From Candidatus Micrarchaeia archaeon (GTDB lineage: Archaea > Micrarchaeota > Micrarchaeia > Micrarchaeales > CABMGC01): a DNA stretch of 45,542 nucleotides. The translations under genes were made by a program, and so were the position numbers. Where the stretch lies: NCBI GenBank assembly GCA_049966915.1, contig JBMFTS010000002.1, positions 1 through 45,542 on the forward strand, read 5' to 3'. How positions within the stretch are numbered: position 1 is the stretch's first letter; each line of letters begins with the position of its first letter. The notes under the pieces are model-generated. The model was not told the DNA's origin. It saw only the letters and a program-made list of their open reading frames with translations, and did no database searches. Positions 23,219-29,824 of this stretch are shown here, one piece after another.

Positions 23219-24724
23219 TCAAGTAACGTACACAAATGCCCTTGTTATTACCGAATCGGGCAGGCCTATCGCCCTGAGAAAGCCGACTATTGCTTCCTTG
23301 CTTACCTGCTTGCCCAAAAGCAGCTGCACGAGGCTTCTTACGTCGGCAAGCCTGCCTTTTGCGTCCAGCTGTTTGAAAACGTCCTCTATGATTTCAGACC
23401 CGACGTTGTTTTCTATCAGCTTTGCGCTTATGTCCGCCTTTTCAAGGAAGTATTCCTTTTGCACGGTTTCGTCGGCGAGCTCGCTCTGGCTCAGTATGTC
23501 TGCAACGTTTATTGTATATACGTCTAGCGGCACCTCTCCAACAACCCTGTCGAGCAGAAATATTTCTGGAAACTCCACATTGGTTTGAAATGACATGTCG
23601 ACTGCCGCCTGGCCCACTCCGAACTTGCTTATTTCGCGCCTCATAAACTCGGAAAAATTGAGCGAGCCCTGCAGATAATCGAGGAAGCGCTCGAATCTTA
23701 TTCTTAAGATTATGTTAGTGCCAACGTTTGAAAATATTGCTTCGTTTATGTCAGTGGGGTTTTGCGATGCCACGATAAGGCCAAACTGGTATTTGCGGCC
23801 TTCCCTTATTATCGTCACCGCGTCGCTTCGCTCGTCGCTTGCTATCTTCCATGCTTCGTCGAGCACGACAAGCGCCTTGAGTCCTTTGGTGGCAGACCAG
23901 CCCTCCATTCGCATTTTTTCTTTAAGCGTTTGCAATATGAACAATGCAGCAAGCGCCCTAAAGCGCTCGTCAGGCAGGCCGGAAAGGTCTATGTCCACGA
24001 GGCCTGAGCTAGAGAGCTTGCCAAGGTCTATTGTGCTCTTTCTTGCGAAATAGTCCTCGCCCTCCCTTGCAAACTGCCTGAGCCTGTATACCGCGTTTTC
24101 TAGTTCGGCCGGATACTCGTAAGTGCCTCCCTGCAGCTGCTCCTCAAGAAGCGATATCACCTCCTTGAGCGTTGGCGCCTCTTTGCCCACTTGCGGCGTT
24201 TCTGCCAGGTTGAAGCCCGCATTCACGTATGCCTGCTCTAAAGCCTCTTCGGTAAGCCTCTTCTGTTCTGGATAGTCGCTTATGTCGGTAAGTATCTCCA
24301 GAGAAGTAAGTATCTGCTTGGCGCGGTCGAGCGGTTTCATGCCAGAAAGGTCCATTATGTTGAGATAGTCCCCTTTGCCCAGAGAGACTATCGTGCCGCC
24401 GCTCTGCTTTACCCACGCTTTGTATTCGCCGGCCCAGTCTATTATTATTGCGTTGGTATTCCAGATGAAGCTGGCCCTCGCGAGGAAAGTCTTGACGAAG
24501 AAGCTCTTGCCTGCGCCGGTTATGCCAACTACTGCTATGTGCGGATTTGTAAGGTTTGAAAAGGTCCATGTGAAAGGCACGCTGAAAAGCTTTGTTATGC
24601 CTATGAATATGGAATTGGTCGGATCGTTAAGCAAATAGTCCGCAGGCGGCTCTGGAGGCCTGCTCAATATAGTCCTTTTGCCGAGCTCGTTGCTCATTAT
24701 GTTTTGCAAGCGTAAAAGGCCCAT
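23219..24724 (-). CDS. VirB4/HerA-like (FtsK-HerA superfamily, DUF87-type) P-loop ATPase
   Basis: Walker A GITGAGKS (24503-24526). Walker B VVLDEAWK (23855-23869 covers VVLDE). Also REGRKYQFGLIVASQNPTDI, typical of HerA/VirB4/TraC-like translocases. At 501 aa, with the P-loop at residue about 70, it lacks a long VirB4-type N-domain. Confidence 0.8.
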   Translation of the reverse strand: MGLLRLQNIMSNELGKRTILSRPPEPPADYLLNDPTNSIFIGITKLFSVPFTWTFSNLTNPHIAVVGITGAGKSFFVKTFLARASFIWNTNAIIIDWAGEYKAWVKQSGGTIVSLGKGDYLNIMDLSGMKPLDRAKQILTSLEILTDISDYPEQKRLTEEALEQAYVNAGFNLAETPQVGKEAPTLKEVISLLEEQLQGGTYEYPAELENAVYRLRQFAREGEDYFARKSTIDLGKLSSSGLVDIDLSGLPDERFRALAALFILQTLKEKMRMEGWSATKGLKALVVLDEAWKIASDERSDAVTIIREGRKYQFGLIVASQNPTDINEAIFSNVGTNIILRIRFERFLDYLQGSLNFSEFMRREISKFGVGQAAVDMSFQTNVEFPEIFLLDRVVGEVPLDVYTINVADILSQSELADETVQKEYFLEKADISAKLIENNVGSEIIEDVFKQLDAKGRLADVRSLVQLLLGKQVSKEAIVGFLRAIGLPDSVITRAFVYVT

Positions 24725-24767
24725 GCTAATACATTTTTCACTAATTTATTTAATAGTGCTGTTGGCG

Positions 24768-25592
24768 CTATTTCTGCACTGAAAATTCAAGCTCGAGCTC
24801 CTGCTCGCCTGGCAGCGCGTAATTGAACTGAAACAGCGAGTAAAGCTCCCTGCCAACGACGCGAGTTATGCTGAGGTCGAACCCGCCGAATACCGTTTGC
24901 AAGTGGTCGAGCTGCGAAGACAGGCTGTCAAGTGCCTCCTTTTCGCTCACGCCCACGGCCGTGCTTTCTATGTACATTAGCGCATTTATCGGCCTTTCGC
25001 CGCTGGAGAGCCTATCTATTCGAGTTTGTATTATGTTTATTCGCCTCTGCAAGTCCTCTATTGTGAGTTGGCTTGGCGTAGTTGAACTCATTTCCCTTGA
25101 CAGCTGGAATTCAAGCGCGCCCCTTCTCGCTTCAAGCTCGTCCCTGTACTTTTGCAGGTCTTCGGCAAAGCAGACAATGTCATACTTGAAAGGAAACGTT
25201 ATGTTTTGCACTATGCGCTCCCAGTTGTTGGGGCCCTCTGCAAGCAGCGTTTCTTCGCCTTCCTGTATCTGCTCTACAGTGAACACGTAGTTGTATATGT
25301 TGGCAGTGAGGTAGCCTGTGGCATAGTACACGCCGTTTACGTATTTTATTATTGCGTTGTTGGCCTTTGGTATGTAGTAGTCTTTTGCGGGTATTTGCTT
25401 TATGTTTAAAATTGTGGTAAAAAGCGGGAACAGCAGAAAATCAGCGTAATTTATTATGAAAAATGCCAGTATGGCAAGTATTGCAAGGACTGCCACGATT
25501 ATGGCCGCTGAGCCGTACGCTGCCGACGCCATTGCAACAAGTATCGCTATTATCGAGCATGTTGCTAAATAAAATATGGTATTGGCGTCCAT
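24768..25592 (-). CDS. 2-TM membrane protein with a ~200-aa soluble domain (paralog of 25593-26435)
   Basis: Two N-terminal helices, then a soluble domain with a coiled-coil-like stretch (YRDELEARRGALEFQLSRE). By eye it aligns with the upstream gene: NYADFLLFPLF vs YYAYLFAPLL, NNAIIKYVNGVYYATGY vs GNAIVTKRGSEFYVSAF, and VGVSEKEAL vs SGASEEEAT. Confidence 0.7.
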   Translation of the reverse strand: MDANTIFYLATCSIIAILVAMASAAYGSAAIIVAVLAILAILAFFIINYADFLLFPLFTTILNIKQIPAKDYYIPKANNAIIKYVNGVYYATGYLTANIYNYVFTVEQIQEGEETLLAEGPNNWERIVQNITFPFKYDIVCFAEDLQKYRDELEARRGALEFQLSREMSSTTPSQLTIEDLQRRINIIQTRIDRLSSGERPINALMYIESTAVGVSEKEALDSLSSQLDHLQTVFGGFDLSITRVVGRELYSLFQFNYALPGEQELELEFSVQK

Positions 25593-26435
25593 TTACACAC
25601 CCAAAGACGCTACTTTTTCCTGCATTTGCTCGCTTATAGTCGCAAACGGTATCATCTCGTCAGGCTCCAGCGCGCTAAGAAATTCCTTTGATTCCATTAT
25701 GTACGCGCTTACGCCCAGCGTGGCACTGACTCCGGCAGCAAGTTCATCGGCTTTTTGCATGGCTATTGTCGTGGCTTCCTCTTCAGAAGCCCCGCTTGCA
25801 GTAACCATGGCAAGCGTGCTCATTGCATTGGATCTTACCCTGCTTACAGAGTCGAGCAGGTTTCTCCACATAGTCACTTCGCCCTTGGCTCTCTCAAGAT
25901 CAGGGTTTGCCTGCGCCGGATTTGCCTGGTTATTCAGAGTAGCATAGCGCGCTTCGGCGTCATTGAGCTTGTTGCGTATCTCGCTTATGTACTCGTCCTT
26001 GTTTATTACATAGAGCATGGTCGTGAATTTTACGGGCTCTTTGCTCACCGTAAGGACTTTTGAAAATGCCCTGGCGAATTCCACGCGTTCGTCCTCGGTC
26101 ATTTCGGTAGCGGACTTATAGATTGGTATTTTTACAAACGCGCTTACATAAAACTCGCTGCCGCGCTTTGTTACTATGGCATTGCCGTTTGGGGAAATTC
26201 TAAATGCAGAATCTTCGCTAAGCACAAGCGTTTTGTTTTTTGCATGCAGCAGCGGCGCAAACAGATACGCGTAGTATTTTGTCGAAAATGCCACGACGTC
26301 AAACAGCAGTGCAAGCACGGCAAACACTGCTCTTACATATGCCGGCAAAGTCAAAAAGTATACTAGCAGCACAAAGGTGAAAGATACGAGCACAAGCGCG
26401 AAAAAGATGCTCCTGCTTGAGAGTGTCATTTGCAC
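25593..26435 (-). CDS. 2-TM membrane protein with a ~200-aa soluble domain (paralog of 24768-25592)
   Basis: GTG start at 26435, or ATG at 26429. Its stop TAA directly abuts the ATG of the next gene. Same architecture as the downstream paralog. Confidence 0.7.
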   Translation of the reverse strand: MQMTLSSRSIFFALVLVSFTFVLLVYFLTLPAYVRAVFAVLALLFDVVAFSTKYYAYLFAPLLHAKNKTLVLSEDSAFRISPNGNAIVTKRGSEFYVSAFVKIPIYKSATEMTEDERVEFARAFSKVLTVSKEPVKFTTMLYVINKDEYISEIRNKLNDAEARYATLNNQANPAQANPDLERAKGEVTMWRNLLDSVSRVRSNAMSTLAMVTASGASEEEATTIAMQKADELAAGVSATLGVSAYIMESKEFLSALEPDEMIPFATISEQMQEKVASLGV

Positions 26436-26458
26436 GACCTAGCGAAAATATGTTTAGT

Positions 26459-26470
26459 ATATTTATAAAG
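26459..26470 (-). promoter_or_regulatory. TATA-like box (ctttataaatat on the minus strand) upstream of 25593-26435
   Basis: A strong TTTATAAATA element about 30 nt upstream of the start codon, within a 72-nt intergenic gap. This suggests a leaderless internal transcription start. Confidence 0.45.
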
Positions 26471-26507
26471 ATATTCGCTTGGCGCAATCAGTCGGCCGCA
26501 TTGCTGG

Positions 26508-27530
26508 TCATGGTGGGGCTACGTATGCGCCGCAGTAGTTGCTTATGCCGCTCTGGAAGGCATATGTGCTGTTGAGTTCAGCATACGTGGCATATTTGAG
26601 TATGCCTTCGTATGTTACTTCGACTATGGGCGTCACCGCATTTGCGGACATGTTGAGCAGCAGGGAAAGCATAGGCTCTTGCGCAATTCCGCTGCGAAAC
26701 ACTGGCGTGTAATTGACAAATACAAGATCGCCAATTTTCATTGCTGCTTTGGCAGTGACGTTTATCGGCGTTTCTTTGCTTACATTCGCAAAAGAAACGG
26801 CTCCCGAAGGCACGGCGTTGTAATAGCGCTGGTATGTGGCATTGTAAATGGTTTCATTGCACACTGCATCTTTTTCGTAAAGCGCCTTGTAATCGTTCAT
26901 CAGAATGCCTTCTGCTGTTTTTGTGTTAGCGTACGCGAGAGCCTGGCCAAGCAGCACGCTTGTCTGGTTTATTGTTGATGTGGTTGAAGAGGTCGTGGTT
27001 GTTGTTGAAATGGCTATTATCTTGAGCCCGCTGGGCGCACTTATGCTCGCGGGGCCTATCAGTTTTATGCCTGCACTGGGCCTTATGCCAAGCACCAGCG
27101 AGAGCGGTGTAAGAAGGAGTTTGGCATGCGATGCGTTGCTGCTTACGAGTCGTATGTTCAGGTCGGCGTTGCCGCTAGCGCTTGTGCTTACGTTAGCGCT
27201 TGCGCCGCGCATCAGCGTAACCTTCGAAGCATACCCCACCAAAAGCGGAAGTTGAGAAACATATACGGTTGCGCCGGTGCTGTTTGACGACGCTACGAAA
27301 ATTGCAAATGTGCTGCTGTTCTGCATTTTCAGGAGTTCAGCGCTTGGCGTTTTTAGCAAAATGCTCTTTGCAGAGCCCAGGAAGGTCTGGCTTTCGTGCG
27401 GCAATGCCGCAAGTGCTATTGCCGCGATTATTATTGCTATTATGGCAACGAACGTAAAAAACCTTTTAGGGTTTGCAATTCTGCTGCGCTTTTTTGCCTG
27501 CGTTATTTTGTCGCTTTTTATTGTCGCCAT
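26508..27530 (-). CDS. N-terminally anchored surface glycoprotein with a Thr/Ser-rich linker
   Basis: Start taken at Met42 (MATIKSDKITQAKKRSRIANPKRFFTFVAIIAIIIAAIALAAL); the longer ORF would overlap the pilin-like gene. Contains a STTTTTSSTTSTINQTS linker and about 12 N-x-S/T sequons. Confidence 0.7.
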   Translation of the reverse strand: MATIKSDKITQAKKRSRIANPKRFFTFVAIIAIIIAAIALAALPHESQTFLGSAKSILLKTPSAELLKMQNSSTFAIFVASSNSTGATVYVSQLPLLVGYASKVTLMRGASANVSTSASGNADLNIRLVSSNASHAKLLLTPLSLVLGIRPSAGIKLIGPASISAPSGLKIIAISTTTTTSSTTSTINQTSVLLGQALAYANTKTAEGILMNDYKALYEKDAVCNETIYNATYQRYYNAVPSGAVSFANVSKETPINVTAKAAMKIGDLVFVNYTPVFRSGIAQEPMLSLLLNMSANAVTPIVEVTYEGILKYATYAELNSTYAFQSGISNYCGAYVAPP

Positions 27531-27582
27531 GTTGTTTACTATGCAAGAAAGAAATAAGAAACTTGCGCAAAGCGCAATCAGG

Positions 27583-28044
27583 CTACGAAACCTCCGACAG
27601 ATATACGCATTGCACGGCATAGTCGGTCGGGCAGTGCGCCATTGCCGTGACATTTACCATGTACACGCCTTCTGAAGATATGCCACTCAGCTGGCCGCTT
27701 ACATTAACTGGCGAATACGCAGTTATGTCGCTCAACCCCGTTGGCGACGAAACCACGAATACTATCTCATGGCCAACAAGGTTTGTTACCGGAGTTCCGA
27801 CATAGATAAACCTTACGTTTGCAGGCACTACTATTTGCACAAGCTGTTTTGCCGGCGCTCCTTCGCTGCCCACGAGCGAAGCCACACTGGCGAGCTTGCT
27901 CGCAGCCTGCTGCGCGCTTATTGCCGACATGGATGTGTTTGTGCTTGCAAGCTGCACGAACGCTATCACCACTATGGGCAAGAGTATTGCTAGGCCGAAC
28001 GACAGCGTTATCAGCAACTCAAAGCTCGATTGTGCTTTATGCAT
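27583..28044 (-). CDS. Type IV pilin-like protein with an archaeal class III signal peptide (DUF361-like)
   Basis: MHKA/QSSFELLITLSFGLAILLPIVVIAFV has the basic residue, small residue, Gln+1 and Glu+5, then a hydrophobic helix. That is the classic prepilin-peptidase substrate pattern. Three N-glycosylation sequons and a C-terminal C-x7-C pair (CPTDYAVQC). Confidence 0.75.
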   Translation of the reverse strand: MHKAQSSFELLITLSFGLAILLPIVVIAFVQLASTNTSMSAISAQQAASKLASVASLVGSEGAPAKQLVQIVVPANVRFIYVGTPVTNLVGHEIVFVVSSPTGLSDITAYSPVNVSGQLSGISSEGVYMVNVTAMAHCPTDYAVQCVYLSEVS

Positions 28045-29161
28045 AGAGTCGCTCCCTTTGCTCTTTCTTGGTTTGCGACTTTTCCTTCTGCTTCTTTGCC
28101 ATGTTGTAAAGCTTGTCTGTAAGCTCTTTTACGGCATCGTCAAGCATTGGCATGCTAGCGCTTGCGCGGAGCTCTGCGCCTCTTTCAAATTTCACATGGG
28201 CCCTTATGTCGTATGCGCTTTTTTTGCTTCTCACATTTGCAAAAACAGCCTCTACCCCAAGGCCGCTGAACCTGCTGATCTTCTTTGCCGCATTGCCAAG
28301 CGCGCGCTTTATGTCATCTTCATTTTCCTTTGCGTAAGCCTCAAGGCCCGATACATATATTGGTATTTCGCTCGCAATCGTAGCTACTGCCGCCTTGAAT
28401 ATCTCCCGTTCGGTTATCAGGCCGACTATCTTGCCATTGCGCGTTACTGCCAACGAAGAAAAGCCGTTCTCAACCATTTGCCTTATTGCTTCATCAGCGC
28501 TCTTGTAATAGTCTATGGTATAAAGATACGGCTGGCTTATGCTGCCTATTCTTATGCTGTCGAGCGCGTGGGCCTCGTTTTTCATCTCTGGCAGTCGCTC
28601 CGCCGGCTTTGCAAACGAAAACGCAATGTCGCCGTTTGTTATTATGCCGGTTGGCTTATTGTTGCTTATTACGAGCAGCCTGTTTATCTTGTTTTTTTGC
28701 ATTGCGGATATCGCTTCGGCTACGCTGGCTTCTGAGTCTATGCCTATGACTGGAGAAATCATTATCTCGCCGGCCTTTACCTTTGACAGCATGTGCAGCG
28801 ACAGCAGCGTTTCTAGCAGCCTTTCCCTTTTTACCACTCCGGATATTTTGGACCCTTCTGTAAACGGCAGCGCCCTGGCGTTAGACTCATAGAAATACCT
28901 GAGCGCGTCTTTTATGCTAGTTCCGCTTGAGAGCAGCGGCACCTTTACCGCAAACTTTCCTATGCTTATTTTCTGCAGCTTCGCTATGTCGCTTCTCGCA
29001 AACGCCCTGTCGTCAACTATGCCAAAATACTGCCCCTGCCTCAACACCACCGCAACTCCCTGCTGTTTTATCGTGCTTATCAGTTTTTGTGCATTTGTTT
29101 TGTATTCATATCCCTTTGCCTTAGAAACAAACTCTTTTGGTAATGACATTTCCAGCAGCAT
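28037..29161 (-). CDS. Multi-CBS-domain protein with a C-terminal HPF/YfiA-like (ribosome-associated) domain
   Basis: Repeated CBS-type segments, for example VVLRQGQYFGIVDDRAF, KISGVVKRERL, NKPTGIITNGDI and GKIVGLITEREI. The last ~110 aa are IYVSGLEAYAKENEDDIKRALGNAAKKISRF...VEAVFANVRSKKSAYDIRAHVKFERGAELRASASMPMLDDAVKELTDKLYNMAKKQKEK. This resembles the S30AE/HPF pattern by eye. Confidence 0.6.
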   Translation of the reverse strand: MLLEMSLPKEFVSKAKGYEYKTNAQKLISTIKQQGVAVVLRQGQYFGIVDDRAFARSDIAKLQKISIGKFAVKVPLLSSGTSIKDALRYFYESNARALPFTEGSKISGVVKRERLLETLLSLHMLSKVKAGEIMISPVIGIDSEASVAEAISAMQKNKINRLLVISNNKPTGIITNGDIAFSFAKPAERLPEMKNEAHALDSIRIGSISQPYLYTIDYYKSADEAIRQMVENGFSSLAVTRNGKIVGLITEREIFKAAVATIASEIPIYVSGLEAYAKENEDDIKRALGNAAKKISRFSGLGVEAVFANVRSKKSAYDIRAHVKFERGAELRASASMPMLDDAVKELTDKLYNMAKKQKEKSQTKKEQRERLYA

Positions 29162-29309
29162 TCGATCGCCTAACTTACTATCATATCTACAAATTAATAA
29201 ATATCGTGCTTTGGCTAAATCGGGCGCGTTGTAGCATCAGGTAGCGAGTGCGGCTTATGGCGCGAAAAATAGTAATAAATAAATGACAATGCAAACAAAA
29301 CACAAATGG

Positions 29310-29380
29310 GCCAGGATGGCAGATCGGCCATGCGGCCGCCTGCAGAGCGGCAAAGAGGGGTTCGACTCCCCTTCCTGGCT
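29310..29380 (+). tRNA. tRNA-Cys(GCA): tRNA-Cys (anticodon GCA)
   Basis: Folded by hand. Acceptor stem GCCAGGA/UCCUGGC. U8. D arm GCA-GAUCGGCCA-UGC. Anticodon stem GCCGC/GCGGC with loop CUGCAGA. T arm AGGGG-UUCGACU-CCCCU. Discriminator U73, as expected for Cys. No CCA is encoded. Confidence 0.85.
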
Positions 29381-29382
29381 TG

Positions 29383-29820
29383 TCAAAGCCTTGTTTGCGA
29401 CTTTTCTTTTTTCTCCATAAAATCCAGGAATATGTTTAGCTGCCTGTCGACTTCGCTTATGTGCGCGTCGCTCCTCCTCGGATTGCTCAGCTTGTAGCTT
29501 TTGAATTCGCCGAGTAGCTTCTTTGCCTCGTTGTTCAACTTTTTAAGTTCGCCACTTTTTATCTTATAAACGCCCAGAAGCTGGCTTATCGCAAGCTTGC
29601 TGTCGCTAAACAGCTCTATTTCTGTGTCTTTCCCGAATTCCAATGCAGCCTTCAAGGCGGCGATTATCGCCTTGTACTCCGCCTCGTTGTTTGTTGCTAT
29701 GCCGTTGTAAATGACGTTGCTCTTTAGCAGCGCGTAAGCTTCTGTGTATATGCTATAGCCAGAGGCGCTTCTGCCAGGGTTCCCCCTCGACGCTCCGTCC
29801 GTATAAATAAGCAGTTTCAT
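29383..29820 (-). CDS. rnhA: Ribonuclease HI
   Basis: MKLLIYTDGASRGNPGRSASGY, ATNNEAEYKAIIAAL and LFSDSKL carry the DEDD-type RNase H residues. Met8 (29820) is preferred because the longer ORF overlaps the upstream gene. Confidence 0.85.
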   Translation of the reverse strand: MKLLIYTDGASRGNPGRSASGYSIYTEAYALLKSNVIYNGIATNNEAEYKAIIAALKAALEFGKDTEIELFSDSKLAISQLLGVYKIKSGELKKLNNEAKKLLGEFKSYKLSNPRRSDAHISEVDRQLNIFLDFMEKKEKSQTRL

Positions 29821-29824
29821 GAAA

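Noticed and set aside
22466-23527. 353-aa plus-strand ORF spanning three minus-strand genes.
   Set aside because: It is antisense to well-supported genes (the Zn-ribbon/2-TM protein, the ATPase-tail paralog and the ATPase 3' end). The translation is low-complexity and Cys/Phe/Ser-rich with no motifs.
19070-28044. A canonical archaeal type IV pilus or archaellum operon.
   Set aside because: Only the pilin-like substrate is present. There is no PilB/FlaI-type ATPase (the ATPase here has HerA/VirB4-type motifs), no PilC/FlaJ platform protein and no FlaF/G/H-like genes.
27896-28735. 279-aa plus-strand ORF, together with 28486-28892 and similar ORFs.
   Set aside because: They are antisense to the CBS-domain gene and the pilin gene. 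The translations have an atypical Cys/Leu/Arg-rich composition with no recognisable domain.
6723-29380. Hypothesis that the whole locus is an integrated conjugative element or provirus bounded by the rRNA gene and tRNA-Cys.
   Set aside because: No integrase, relaxase, replication gene or capsid gene is present. I saw no direct repeat of the tRNA-Cys 3' end. The essential genes alaS and carS sit in the middle with operon-like spacing. This cannot be fully excluded without compositional statistics and comparative genomics.
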